Source: a virus
Taxonomy: Duplodnaviria; Caudoviricetes
Virus record (IMG/VR): IMGVR_UViG_3300025645_000069
Location: 1,424 to 65,423 of that record
Length of the DNA stretch: 64,000 nt
Direction: 5' to 3' (one strand)
Part shown: in pieces, positions 1 through 11,233 of the stretch
How positions within the stretch are numbered: position 1 is the first letter of the stretch
How the letters are laid out: the number at the start of each line of letters is the position of its first letter
Notes under the pieces: generated by a model
What the model was told of the DNA's origin: nothing
Seen by the model: the letters and a program-made list of their open reading frames with translations, nothing else
The model's database searches: none
Translations under genes and position numbers: made by a program

Positions 1-150
1 AGCATTTTCTGCGCAATTATGTAAATCTAACTCTATGCAACTGCCATCATCTATTTCAGCAGCAGAGTTGTAGTTTCCTGAATTAACATCTGTACACCCT
101 GGAGTATTTAATGAAATAGTAAATGCGTGTACTTTTTTTAAATTTGGCAT
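1..150 (-). CDS. N-terminus of a Cys-repeat virion protein (runs off the window edge)
   Basis: Manual translation from ATG at 150: MPNLKKVHAFTISLNTPGCTDVNSGNYNSAAEIDDGSCIELDLHNCAENA, open to position 1. Carries the same GCTD..NY...A..DDGSC repeat as the upstream giant ORF and starts 1 nt after its stop. Confidence 0.8.
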   Translation of the reverse strand, partial: MPNLKKVHAFTISLNTPGCTDVNSGNYNSAAEIDDGSCIELDLHNCAENA

Positions 151-151
151 C

Positions 152-3100
152 TTAAAAATATTTTTTAGTTATTAAATCTCCAAATTCTCCTATAAGTTTT
201 ATCTCTAATGGAGCATTTAAATTTCCTGGGTTTATATATTCCATTGCAATTTTTACATCTTTTGTTATTGTAAAAGAGTCTGAGAAAATACTTTTAGCAA
301 ACATAGTATTAAGAGTGGCTAAAACTTTATTGTTATCTATATCTATAACACGAACCTTAACTCCTGAATACTCTAAAAGAGAGTTAGAAGAAGTGGCTGC
401 TTGAACAGTTATAGTTGTATGGTCTTTTGTATCTTCTTTTACATACACCGTACAATTTTCAGTGGTAAGTAATGAGTTGTTTTCAACACACCCAATACTA
501 CAATTTGAATTTAAACTTAGCAAAATAGATCCTGTGTCATTGTACCCAAACCCGTGGTAGATAGAATGATAAACAGTGTTGTTTGGTCTTATAATTTCCA
601 AATCTGCATGAGCCCATATATTAGACTTTTCTACCCCTAAAGGTAAAAACCATAAACACTTGCTTCCTACAATATTATTAATACTAACAACACTAGTTAA
701 AGCTCCTACTGTTTCATGATATTGACTAGCTGCAGGAGAAACTTGTAAAACATTTTGATCTGAATCGTAAATAATCCAATTAAGTTTTTGTAAATCTTCC
801 GCAGAAACTCCATTAGTATATATAACAGTTTTAATTTTCCAACCTGTTACTACAGGGTCTACTGGATTTACTGGGTCTACAGGGTTTGGATCTATAGGGT
901 CTCCATCACACTCAAACCCTTCTTCAGCATATGTACAAGAACCATCATCGTATATAGCGTTTGAATCATAGTTACATGCAGCAGTATCCATACATCCTTG
1001 ACAACTATCAAATTCACAGGTACCATTGTCATCTGTAGCTAATGGGTTGTAATTACAAGCGCCAGGAGATGTACACCCATATATAGGAACATAGTAATTA
1101 CATTGATTATTATTATCTTCTATGTAACAACAAGCTGTATTGTCGTCAGGAATTCCAAAATAATTAACTGCAGATTGATCAGTACAAACTTTTATTGGAT
1201 TTGAACAATCAGTTTCTACTGTACCTCCTATAACTCCAGTACATAAATAATTACAGTTAGCATTATTTTCACTACAAGTTTCACACTCTTCTAAACTATC
1301 TGGATTAGAATAATTATTAGCTGCAGGATCGCAACATTTAGTTTCGTACCCACCTGGGCAAGGAAGAACAGGACAGTCTTCACAAATATTACTATTACAA
1401 GTAAAATCAGGATTAGTTCCATTTAATATTCCTTCATGTAGTGAAGGAGCAACTGAAGCTGAAGTTCCATTGTCTGTTGTGTATTGCATATAATTTGGAG
1501 CACATTCACTACAGCATACTTCAGTTAAGTCAGGCTCTGGAGTTATAAACTCAGACAAATCAATAACTACTTCTTGAGTAGTTCCATCGTTATTTTTAAC
1601 AGGAATAAGTTCATATACTTGAGGAGCACTTATACTACTACCTCCTACAAGATCTAAAATTACTCCTGACTCGTACGGAGAACCTGAAATTAAAGTTTGA
1701 GTAATTCTTAAATCTTTATCGTATACTACTTCTGCTATTGGACTTAAAGCATTTTCAATATAACTTTTTATAGTACCATCTTCAGGAATAGCAAGTGTGT
1801 ATTTAACTATCCTTTGTATTTCTGGATACCTTCCAAATAAATTAGAAGCATCGTAAGTTGTTAAATCTAAATCTTCTTTTAATGTAAAATAAAATTTTGG
1901 ACTGTAGTACAATGTACTGTTAGTAGGTAACTGTAAAAAATCTACGCTTGATGTTTTTGGAGTTAAATTTATATTAGAAATTTGGATAGAATTATCTCCT
2001 TCTCCAATTCTGTAATGATAGTATCCTGGCTGTGTTATGTCTACGTTTCTTACATTATAGATAGCTCCTCCACTAGGCTCTGCACTAAAGTTGTAATGTA
2101 TTTCTCCATTTTTTTGTGCGTTAGTAGTAAATATTTTAGGAAAGTCTTTACTAACTTTTTGCACTCTATTGCTAAAAGAAACATTATTAATTTGATCTAA
2201 ATTAGTAGGGTCAGCTTCGCTACAACTCCCATCTTCTAAACATGCAGGCCAATTGTCTGGCAACGTAAGGTCTAAATTATCATAAAAAAATGAATCCTTG
2301 CTTATACTAAATATAGGTATTCCGTTTTCAGGATACACTGCAGGTAGAGATACAAGCGAGTGCGTAAAATTAACACTACTATTAACTTCTCCATCTTTAT
2401 CTGGTTCTACATCATAAACTGGAGGTACATAAGTTTCGTACTCACAACATCCAATACAAGGAACTGTATAAGTAGGACTGTAATTTAAAGCGTCTTCATC
2501 TATACATCCTACACAAGAATTAAAATCAGGGTCATTTACGTCAGTAAAACAATTATCACACTCATCTTCAATAGTTAGTGTAGTGCTTAAAGGTACACAC
2601 TCATTTAAACATTGATCAAAATGATTGCCAGAACAACATCCGTTTCCATCTGGCCCTTCACAAGTTCCACATTCAGTTTCAGGTCCTTGACCGCAACCAC
2701 ATCCTTCATCTATTTCAGGACAAATGTTTTCTTCTAATATGTAAGTTTGTGTGCAATAACAATATTTGTATCCTGGACAAGGATTGTTTGGTAATTGCCC
2801 AGGCCCATTAGGAACTCCGTGACAATCTAAACATTCATTGTTACCGCAACAAACTCCGCATTGATCTTCTCCATCCGAACAAAAATCAGGATCATCAAAT
2901 CCTCCAAGTCTACATTCTCCACATTCGTCATACTCTCCAGCACAATCGTCAGAAGTATCTCCTCCTGTAAAACTATAACCTGGTTGAGGAGATAAACTAC
3001 CATCGTCATTTACTACAGGACAAAGCTGTACTGCAGGAGCAACTCCTAACCCATCCCCGTCACTATCTATGTATTGAGACATAGGCATATTATTACAATC

Positions 3101-6100
3101 ACAAGCGTCATCAACATTTACTTGACCTGTACAACCACAATAAAGTCCATGCAATTGTTCTGAAGTTTCTCCCTCACAGTTACAAGGTTTTTCAAGATTT
3201 TGTTGCAAAATTCCTCCCATATACACTTTTTCTATAGGATCACCATTACAATCACAGTGAGTTCCTACAGGAAGATCTCCTTCACAACTACAATATTTTC
3301 CATCCCAATATTGAGGACTTGTAGAGTTTTGATACTCAGAAAGACTATCGCTAGGTATTACAGCAGCACCTGAACAATCACAATAACCTTCTTCTAATCC
3401 TTCTTGTAAAAATGTAGCTTGGCCACATGTTCCACAATAATTAGGTAAAAGCGCATTATCACAATCACATCCGCTAAAAGGGTAGCTACATAAAGAGTCG
3501 TCTTGTACCCAATACCCTTGTCCAGAAGGAGTGGGAGTTCCAGGACTTACAAAATTACATGCACTTGAGTTTCCACAATAACTATAACTACATCTAGAGT
3601 TGTCTTCAACACTAAATCCAAAAACAGGTTCTTCATAATTAGAAGCTTCAGTGTCTGCACAAACCCCACAAGTTGATCCAGGGTCAGGAATTTCAGATGC
3701 ATTTTCTTCTGTGCCTGCTACAAAATTTGTTGCATAACATTCTGAACACTGAGGTTCTATACTTTCTCCACAATCACATTCTACAAAACCTTCTGAAGTG
3801 CTGTCTGCTACTGCACCTGTCCCTCCAATTGCTTCAGGTCCGTTATTTGCAGGGCTAACACATCTTGATGGTATCGTAGCATTACTTATATAATTACAGT
3901 TTTCTAATCCTATACTATTGTATTCATCCATACATCCTGTAACCCCAGAGTATGTAATACTAGTTGCAGTAAAATTAAATCCTGAAACATTTGAAGAAAT
4001 ATCAGGTCCTTTAATTGTAATTTGATCTCTTGTAATATTGTTATCTTGTTGAACATCATTTTTATATGATGTCCAAGCACTTTCTGCGTCACTAGACGAA
4101 GAGTAACTCATAGAAAAAATATCTTTGTAAGATACATCTCCTGCGTTTATAGCAAATAAAGCGTAGTAAGTGTTATTATAATTTAAAGGATTTACTATTA
4201 CACCTAAAGAAGGATATTCATTTTCCCCATTAGCTCCTGCATAATCTGAAGATACTATTTTTCTAGCTGATATATATATACCATAATCTTTTGCTACAAA
4301 AATATTATCAATACTAACGGTACTAATATCAGATAATTCTGAATCTACTGAATTTGCTATAGTAAACCTTGGATCAAAACTGTCAGAAAATTGAGTAGGC
4401 AACCCTTCTCCTTGCGTGTCTGGAAAAGGGTCTACATGTTTAACAACTGCTTGAGTCAAAGTACTTTCTAAATTTAATAAATTAACTTGCATTAAATAAT
4501 CACGTACTCTTCCGTAATCGCTACTTTGATTAGTACCTAAAATATATAATGTAAATCCTATAGGATCATAAATTAATTTTTTAGGCATTACCTTTGTAAA
4601 ATTGTAATCTCCTGCTCCTTCTAAATTACTAGCTCTTTGATAGTAAGTAGATAAAGCGTCACAATTTATTAATGTTAATTCTCCTAACTCTTTATCAATA
4701 CTATATACTAAAATATAGTTATCTCCTTGACCTAAATTTATAACAAAAGTTACTGAAGTATTTTGTAAGTCAGAGTAAGAACTAAAAGTTATATTATTAA
4801 TTTGCTCTGTAGATAAATTTTCAAAAGAGTTGTTATAAAGTTCTGCTGTTTGTAAATCTGATAATATATATACAAGATGAGTCGAGCTAAATTCTATATT
4901 AGAATTAGGAAAGTCCCAATTGTTTCCATCATATAATTTTTTTATATAATAAGCATTAAAATTAGTATCTAGTTTATTAAATCTTAATGCAACTTTACCA
5001 AATTCATTAAGCTCTAGATTTATAATCCAATAACTATTTTCTGTTATTTGAATTTCTCCAAAACCATTTGCTAAATAACTAGTATCAGTGCAATTTAAAT
5101 TTGATACACTTAAAGTACTAGTAGGGTGCGCAGATAATTGATAGTTATTTGAAAAAGCTGTCGAGTACTGAGTGCAAGTTAAATTAACTGTTCTATCAGT
5201 TGGCTTTGAAGGAAAACTAAAAACGTAGTAATGATTTGTAACGCTATCAGTTCTACCAAATTCTCCTGGCCATAAACCACGATTATTTACTCCTACTATA
5301 GAAGGAGTTATAAAAGGTTTAGCTCCTGTGTTATGATCTGGGTAAACTCTATTTTCTACAGTATAGTTTAAGGCCGCATCAAAATATTTAATAGCAATAG
5401 TTTCAGCGTTAGATCCATTTGAATCTAATGATACATCATCTTTAGTAGTTCCAATGTAAATACCTGAAGTGTCTGAGTTAGGGACTATACTATATTTATG
5501 ATATTGATTTTCAGAACTAGCGTCTACTTTAGATAAAGTTTTTACAAAATGAACAATAGGAGTATCTGCAAAATTAGTTATAGTATGTGACCCAAAACTA
5601 TTTCCAGATTTTATTCTGCTTAAGGTACTACCAAAATATCCTGGACTCGCAGGAGAATATTTTAAAGCTGGTGATGAAGTTACTTGCGCTAAAGTTGACG
5701 GCAATTCTATTATAGGAGTAGAAGTAGTAGTTTCATTAATCCACGATTGAATATAAGATACTTCAGGGGATTCTGCATTTACATTAAAAGTGTTAGTATT
5801 AAAGACAATTTTAGGAACCTTAGAATCACTTATATAGTAAGTAGGAATATCTTGAGAAGTATGTATTGTTATTGCTGAAGTAGGCACAGTCTCTTCTGCG
5901 CTTCTAACCTTATGTCTTCCTTTTTCTAACCAATTATCAAGTTCTATGTTTGAAGACATAGAAGGTAAAAAGTCAAAATTAGTAGATGTAGTTTTAACAA
6001 AAGCTTTTGTAAAACTTGCAAATTGACTTACAGTAACAGACAATCCTGGCTCAATTATTTTTATATATTCATTTGAATTGTGAGAAAAGAAATACATAGC

Positions 6101-8881
6101 ACCATCATGCCCTCTATCTACTCTAGTTAAATCTCCTGCAAACGGATTTTCTATCATTACAGCGCTATTAGCAATAGGCAAACTGTCTTCATCTGTTTGC
6201 CCTAAAGCTACAGAACTAACATCGTAGATACAAATGTATTTTAAATCAGTGGTTTTAGATTTAACAATTGTATATAAATAATTATCATTTTCAGTAAATT
6301 GCATAGATACAGGCATATACCCTTTTTCTGTAGCTACATTTTCGTTTGAAATGTCTCCCCCAGGTACAGGCAAATAAACACCGTTATCAGTTAGTGGTAA
6401 AAATTGCCCATACTCGTTCATGTACATTAATGCAAATCCATGTAAAACTGCATAAGCCATTACATAACAACCTATAGTGTCTGCAGGTTGATCTGGCATT
6501 ACTACAAAAGGATTTTGATTTGTATTTCCCATATCAGTTCCAGCAATAGATTTTTTCTTAAAACTAATTGCTGCAGGACAATAAGATAGTAATTTAAATA
6601 GCTCATCGTCTTTAGAAGTATCAACAACAATTGAAGCTTCTGCTGCTGATAAAGTTGTAGGGTCTTCGATAGAATAATCTGTAGATGCTACAAAACCATA
6701 AGAACCTCCTGTTTCTGTGTTGTTTTCCCATCCGCTACCAGCAAGTCTTATAATACCATATTGAGAAATATCATTAGGAGTATTAAAATCAAATCCTTTT
6801 ATATACATAGTTGTAGGCATAGAAAAAGTATCTGATTGAGTTATAGGCATGTAATAATGATTTCCATTAACTTTACCATAAACAGCAGTTCTATTAAAAG
6901 GAAGAAGTTCATTGTTTTCTGTCTGCGAATGTCCAGCGTTAAATGAGTACCGCCCAAAAATATTATCTGTAGCAAATCTAGAGTTTCCTTCTGGAGATGT
7001 AATATCTACTACTGGTAAATTCATAAATTGACTTGTAAATAAATCAAATACAATGTAACTACCTTGCCAATATTTAGAATTAGTAGAAGTATCTACATAT
7101 TTAAAATCTCCAATTCCATCATTGCTAATACTAGCGCTAGGAATATTTTCTCCTGTAATTGGAAAATCTGCATAAATATTACTGTGCATAGGAGGTGCAG
7201 ATTGTATAATAGGTATAATTTTAGAAGTTCTAAGCTTTTGATTAGGATTAGTTCCAGGAGAAAGATTACTATATGTAGTTGCTGAAAAAGTAGCAAAAGA
7301 ACTTTCTAGCGGATTACATATGTCTATTTCTAGACCATTAACTGTACTAATACTAGTGTCTTTAGTAGTTAATGGCCAATACCATTCAGATATATTACCT
7401 CCTGCAGCAGTATGTAAAGATTTAAATTTTTCTAAAACATTGTATCCGTTTTTAGAAACATCTTCATTAGTCATGTATTGATCAATTCCTCCTTCAGGCT
7501 CAAGACTAAATCTTTTTGATCCTAAACTACCGTTTTGTAAATCAGCATCACCAGATACATCTTCAAGCATCCATTTAGAATAATCAAAAAAATCTGGGTA
7601 AACAGAAAAACTGCTTTGGACCGCTACTACTTCTGCAGTACTTCCAAAAGATCCGTTTGAATTAACAACATTACCTAATCCATTTTCAGGATTATTACAA
7701 TCATAAATTTTTTCTAAGTCTGAATTGTAGTTAGGTATATTATGATCAAAAGATAAAAAAGCTATTTCTCTAGGATTATAAAATAAAATGCTAGAAACTT
7801 TTATTGGTGCTGTTAAAGCATACGAAGATTCTAAAAACCCAGGGTGCGCAGTATTAGATACAGTAATAGAATATAAGTTACTAGTAGATAATTTTTGCAT
7901 TCCTTCATTTGATTCGCCTATAGGTACAGGAGTATTTTTTTGTACATTTATAGCAGCTGTAGCTTCTTGTTCTAAGAATTTATTACCATTTTTTATAATG
8001 TTACCATACCTATCAGATAAATTAAAATATCCAACATTATTTTTATACACAACACATTCTACATTACCAAAGTTATCAGTTATAAGTAAAGATTCTGTAA
8101 AATACATAGTTCCATCACTTAATGCTTTGTTAGGAATAAAAGAAGCTTCATTATTACCTATTTCAAATGTTTGTTCATTAAAAACACCTTCAAATTGTTG
8201 TCTTAAGTTATAGTAAATTTCTCCTATACTTATATCTACTGCTCCTCCAAAAAAACTAGAACTTGTAGGAATGTAATTTACTTCTAATCCTCTAGAAACG
8301 TCAGAATATAATACTCTAGGATTTTGTTTAAAATTAAATACAGCTTCTCCTGAATTTTTATTTGCTTGTGGATCGTAGTTAACCGCGCTTACATTTGTCA
8401 CACCATATCTAACAGGAGCTGCTGTGCTTGGGCTACCGTATTTAGAAAAAGTTTGACTTTTTAATTTTGAATTTTTAACTAATCCATTATCATTTATAAT
8501 TCCTTTTTTATCTGTAATTAAATTATTATAAAGAATATAATCTCTAGATATAAATTTTGAATCTAAGTTTAAACCCAACTGCTTACCTATTTTTTCAATA
8601 GTTTTAGCTAAAACATTAACTTCTGTTTTTTTAATTTTAGCAAGTTTTATATCTGAAACCTCCTTGCCTACTTTAGTAAAATGTAAATCTAAGTTTCCTT
8701 TACATTTAAAAGTTGGAGAGTATATAGTATTAAAAAATAAAGCCCATTGATTTAAAGCGTTATCTATAATTATATTATTACTTTTTGAAACTGCAACTTT
8801 TAAAGTAATTTTAGCAGTGTTCCCTGCTTTAGCTTTAGAAATAGCGTCAAGAAGTTCTTTATTATAATTTAGCTTTGACAT
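152..8881 (-). CDS. Giant (2909 aa) putative virion/tail-associated protein with Cys-rich repeat region
   Basis: Long ORF in the structural operon. Ser/Thr/Asn-rich N-terminal half. C-terminal half has many GC.D..A.NY...A..DDG.C and D.CG.C.G repeats, a YIDSDGDGLG Ca-binding-like motif and a DPNPVDPVNPVDP linker. Confidence 0.75.
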   Translation of the reverse strand: MSKLNYNKELLDAISKAKAGNTAKITLKVAVSKSNNIIIDNALNQWALFFNTIYSPTFKCKGNLDLHFTKVGKEVSDIKLAKIKKTEVNVLAKTIEKIGKQLGLNLDSKFISRDYILYNNLITDKKGIINDNGLVKNSKLKSQTFSKYGSPSTAAPVRYGVTNVSAVNYDPQANKNSGEAVFNFKQNPRVLYSDVSRGLEVNYIPTSSSFFGGAVDISIGEIYYNLRQQFEGVFNEQTFEIGNNEASFIPNKALSDGTMYFTESLLITDNFGNVECVVYKNNVGYFNLSDRYGNIIKNGNKFLEQEATAAINVQKNTPVPIGESNEGMQKLSTSNLYSITVSNTAHPGFLESSYALTAPIKVSSILFYNPREIAFLSFDHNIPNYNSDLEKIYDCNNPENGLGNVVNSNGSFGSTAEVVAVQSSFSVYPDFFDYSKWMLEDVSGDADLQNGSLGSKRFSLEPEGGIDQYMTNEDVSKNGYNVLEKFKSLHTAAGGNISEWYWPLTTKDTSISTVNGLEIDICNPLESSFATFSATTYSNLSPGTNPNQKLRTSKIIPIIQSAPPMHSNIYADFPITGENIPSASISNDGIGDFKYVDTSTNSKYWQGSYIVFDLFTSQFMNLPVVDITSPEGNSRFATDNIFGRYSFNAGHSQTENNELLPFNRTAVYGKVNGNHYYMPITQSDTFSMPTTMYIKGFDFNTPNDISQYGIIRLAGSGWENNTETGGSYGFVASTDYSIEDPTTLSAAEASIVVDTSKDDELFKLLSYCPAAISFKKKSIAGTDMGNTNQNPFVVMPDQPADTIGCYVMAYAVLHGFALMYMNEYGQFLPLTDNGVYLPVPGGDISNENVATEKGYMPVSMQFTENDNYLYTIVKSKTTDLKYICIYDVSSVALGQTDEDSLPIANSAVMIENPFAGDLTRVDRGHDGAMYFFSHNSNEYIKIIEPGLSVTVSQFASFTKAFVKTTSTNFDFLPSMSSNIELDNWLEKGRHKVRSAEETVPTSAITIHTSQDIPTYYISDSKVPKIVFNTNTFNVNAESPEVSYIQSWINETTTSTPIIELPSTLAQVTSSPALKYSPASPGYFGSTLSRIKSGNSFGSHTITNFADTPIVHFVKTLSKVDASSENQYHKYSIVPNSDTSGIYIGTTKDDVSLDSNGSNAETIAIKYFDAALNYTVENRVYPDHNTGAKPFITPSIVGVNNRGLWPGEFGRTDSVTNHYYVFSFPSKPTDRTVNLTCTQYSTAFSNNYQLSAHPTSTLSVSNLNCTDTSYLANGFGEIQITENSYWIINLELNEFGKVALRFNKLDTNFNAYYIKKLYDGNNWDFPNSNIEFSSTHLVYILSDLQTAELYNNSFENLSTEQINNITFSSYSDLQNTSVTFVINLGQGDNYILVYSIDKELGELTLINCDALSTYYQRASNLEGAGDYNFTKVMPKKLIYDPIGFTLYILGTNQSSDYGRVRDYLMQVNLLNLESTLTQAVVKHVDPFPDTQGEGLPTQFSDSFDPRFTIANSVDSELSDISTVSIDNIFVAKDYGIYISARKIVSSDYAGANGENEYPSLGVIVNPLNYNNTYYALFAINAGDVSYKDIFSMSYSSSSDAESAWTSYKNDVQQDNNITRDQITIKGPDISSNVSGFNFTATSITYSGVTGCMDEYNSIGLENCNYISNATIPSRCVSPANNGPEAIGGTGAVADSTSEGFVECDCGESIEPQCSECYATNFVAGTEENASEIPDPGSTCGVCADTEASNYEEPVFGFSVEDNSRCSYSYCGNSSACNFVSPGTPTPSGQGYWVQDDSLCSYPFSGCDCDNALLPNYCGTCGQATFLQEGLEEGYCDCSGAAVIPSDSLSEYQNSTSPQYWDGKYCSCEGDLPVGTHCDCNGDPIEKVYMGGILQQNLEKPCNCEGETSEQLHGLYCGCTGQVNVDDACDCNNMPMSQYIDSDGDGLGVAPAVQLCPVVNDDGSLSPQPGYSFTGGDTSDDCAGEYDECGECRLGGFDDPDFCSDGEDQCGVCCGNNECLDCHGVPNGPGQLPNNPCPGYKYCYCTQTYILEENICPEIDEGCGCGQGPETECGTCEGPDGNGCCSGNHFDQCLNECVPLSTTLTIEDECDNCFTDVNDPDFNSCVGCIDEDALNYSPTYTVPCIGCCEYETYVPPVYDVEPDKDGEVNSSVNFTHSLVSLPAVYPENGIPIFSISKDSFFYDNLDLTLPDNWPACLEDGSCSEADPTNLDQINNVSFSNRVQKVSKDFPKIFTTNAQKNGEIHYNFSAEPSGGAIYNVRNVDITQPGYYHYRIGEGDNSIQISNINLTPKTSSVDFLQLPTNSTLYYSPKFYFTLKEDLDLTTYDASNLFGRYPEIQRIVKYTLAIPEDGTIKSYIENALSPIAEVVYDKDLRITQTLISGSPYESGVILDLVGGSSISAPQVYELIPVKNNDGTTQEVVIDLSEFITPEPDLTEVCCSECAPNYMQYTTDNGTSASVAPSLHEGILNGTNPDFTCNSNICEDCPVLPCPGGYETKCCDPAANNYSNPDSLEECETCSENNANCNYLCTGVIGGTVETDCSNPIKVCTDQSAVNYFGIPDDNTACCYIEDNNNQCNYYVPIYGCTSPGACNYNPLATDDNGTCEFDSCQGCMDTAACNYDSNAIYDDGSCTYAEEGFECDGDPIDPNPVDPVNPVDPVVTGWKIKTVIYTNGVSAEDLQKLNWIIYDSDQNVLQVSPAASQYHETVGALTSVVSINNIVGSKCLWFLPLGVEKSNIWAHADLEIIRPNNTVYHSIYHGFGYNDTGSILLSLNSNCSIGCVENNSLLTTENCTVYVKEDTKDHTTITVQAATSSNSLLEYSGVKVRVIDIDNNKVLATLNTMFAKSIFSDSFTITKDVKIAMEYINPGNLNAPLEIKLIGEFGDLITKKYF

Positions 8882-8890
8882 AGTTTTATA

Positions 8891-10429
8891 TTATTTTAAA
8901 GGTATTATTTGTAACGCGTATACATTAATATCTGTAACAGCAGTAGCTGCTTTTACATCTGCACTAATTGTTATTTTTGAATCCCAATTTATTTCTAAAG
9001 AATTTGTTAAGCTTGTAGTAGTATCATCTTCACCTATCATACAAAAACCAAATGCCATTGTTTTAGCAGTGTTTGAATGTAACACTGTAACTTCGTGGTG
9101 TATAAATTTGCCACTAGGAGCTGTTGTTCCTGTAGCGCTAGACTCTATAACTTGTGTCCCTCCTACACCAATAGCCACTGTTTTTGTATTACCTGTTGCT
9201 TGAGCAAAACAATGCGATATAACTTTAAATCCTGTACCTATCGGGTATTCTCTTAAATCAACATCTATAGACATAACTGACTCATAAGCACCTGTAGTAG
9301 TTGCTCTTTCTCCTGAATTTATATCACTAGTTACAAAAGTTTTAATTCCTGAAGTAGTGTCAGACCCTGAAGAAATGTTACTTTCTAAATACCATGTTTT
9401 TTCTGAATCACAATACAACTTAACAGAAGAAGCATTTGAATTTAAAAGAAAAGTTCTAGCTCCTTCTATAGTATCTCCACCTTGAGCTACTAACGTAATG
9501 TTATTTTTTAAAGAATTACCATACTCATCTTTAATTAAGTATTTAGTAATTTTAGGATTAGAAAGTCTTCCTATTGTTGGTAAAATAAGTTCAACACTAT
9601 TTTTTCTACAGTCAACTCCTACTATACCTTTTTCAGATTCTAACAAAGCATGCTTTGAAGTTACTACAATAGTTCTATTATATTCACTTCCAGCTTCTAA
9701 TGCACCTTTATAAGAATTAGGAGTTAGCGCAGAAGTTTCAGAAATTAGTTCTTCTGTTTCTTTGCTAGTAGCTATTTTTAGTATACCTGGCGAGTCTTGA
9801 GTTGCTGTTATTACATTAGTATTAATTATTGCAAACTGATGTCCTACAGCTCCGTGTCTTCCTCCTTTAGAATCTTCAACACATATAATAATATCTCCCT
9901 TCTGAATTTCTGGGCCATCTATTGCAAAAACAGATTGGTCGCTTTGAACTATAAAAGAATCTCCTGCAACAGCTGTAGGATAACCATCATCTGCTTTTAA
10001 TTTAGTAATAACTTTAAGAACTTTTTTAAGCTCATTATCTATAAAATTTCTATCTACTAACTCATTAGAACTAAAATTACTAGGACTAGATCTATAAGAT
10101 ATAGGTCCAGTTAATTGTGTAGTGCCATCATTTTTAAGTACATTATGCAAGCTAGTATCTACATATCTTTTAGTAGATAAATGATTTGAGTTTATAGGGT
10201 CTTTCCCCATAACAGGACTTTCAAATTTAGCATGAGCTTTTTGCATTACATCTTTATTAATTTTAGATGATAAGCTTGTAAATTGAGAAGATAGATTTTT
10301 TACAGAAGAACTTAATCCTTGAAGCAAAGATTCTTTTGTTATATTTTTTGTAACCCCATTTTGCACAATAGTTAATAAATCTGATTTAGTGCTAAAACTT
10401 GATTTAGGTAAGTCTTTTATTTTTGTCAT
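8891..10429 (-). CDS. Putative tail fibre/virion appendage protein
   Basis: 512 aa. N-terminal MTKIKDLP...DLLTIVQNGVTK motif, HLSTKRYVD and ATQDSPGILKIAT fibre-type motifs, and position in the structural block. Confidence 0.55.
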   Translation of the reverse strand: MTKIKDLPKSSFSTKSDLLTIVQNGVTKNITKESLLQGLSSSVKNLSSQFTSLSSKINKDVMQKAHAKFESPVMGKDPINSNHLSTKRYVDTSLHNVLKNDGTTQLTGPISYRSSPSNFSSNELVDRNFIDNELKKVLKVITKLKADDGYPTAVAGDSFIVQSDQSVFAIDGPEIQKGDIIICVEDSKGGRHGAVGHQFAIINTNVITATQDSPGILKIATSKETEELISETSALTPNSYKGALEAGSEYNRTIVVTSKHALLESEKGIVGVDCRKNSVELILPTIGRLSNPKITKYLIKDEYGNSLKNNITLVAQGGDTIEGARTFLLNSNASSVKLYCDSEKTWYLESNISSGSDTTSGIKTFVTSDINSGERATTTGAYESVMSIDVDLREYPIGTGFKVISHCFAQATGNTKTVAIGVGGTQVIESSATGTTAPSGKFIHHEVTVLHSNTAKTMAFGFCMIGEDDTTTSLTNSLEINWDSKITISADVKAATAVTDINVYALQIIPLK

Positions 10430-10439
10430 AATTATTTTT

Positions 10440-11225
10440 TTATAGTTCTAAAGCGTCGCCAGATTCTAACGTAAGAGTTGAAGAATCTCCAGTTATTACG
10501 TTTTGATATTGTGTAGGTTCTATTTCAGATGTTGAGTAATTAAATTTAAGCTCTATACTAATAAGATTTAAAATATTATCATAGTAATTAAATTCTTCAT
10601 TAGTTATTTCAGGACAATTGTAGCTAGAGATTCCTCCTAAAACTTCATTCTGAGATAGAGTAAGTCCTTGTCCTGTGCACTTTATAGATTGCCCATTATA
10701 CATATCTCCTACGTTAGAAAATGTAAAAGTTATTTTATGAGTTCCTTGCGCACAGCTATTAGAAGAAAACTCAGCTTTAATACCAGAGTCGCTATTATTA
10801 TATAAAGAAGAATAGCTGTTGCCAGAATCTATTGCCATTTGAAGCCAAGACAAACAAACAGCATTATCATCTGAAGTAAGTGCTTGCCCAGTTGAAGGGT
10901 TTATACTACTTCTAACTTTAGCTATTGGAACAAACGTATTATTTTTATTTCTAATGTGTATATAACTTTCTACAATATCGCTATAAATATCTAAATTACA
11001 ATTTTCATTTAAATAAAATGTAACAGGAGTTGGGTCTTGACTAGAAGATTGAGAACAATCTTTAATTTTAGTTTCTAAAATTTCTAGCCAATACGACACA
11101 GCTGATATTTTTTTAGATAAATTTTTATCTATATTAGAATTTGAAAAAGAGTCAAACATTTTAGAAGAATACGTTTGGTATTCTTCTTTTGCTTGTTGTA
11201 ATTTTAAATATAATATATTAGCCAT
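10440..11225 (-). CDS. Hypothetical virion protein
   Basis: 261-aa ORF, tightly packed in the late operon. Confidence 0.6.
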   Translation of the reverse strand: MANILYLKLQQAKEEYQTYSSKMFDSFSNSNIDKNLSKKISAVSYWLEILETKIKDCSQSSSQDPTPVTFYLNENCNLDIYSDIVESYIHIRNKNNTFVPIAKVRSSINPSTGQALTSDDNAVCLSWLQMAIDSGNSYSSLYNNSDSGIKAEFSSNSCAQGTHKITFTFSNVGDMYNGQSIKCTGQGLTLSQNEVLGGISSYNCPEITNEEFNYYDNILNLISIELKFNYSTSEIEPTQYQNVITGDSSTLTLESGDALEL

Positions 11226-11233
11226 AGTGTTTA

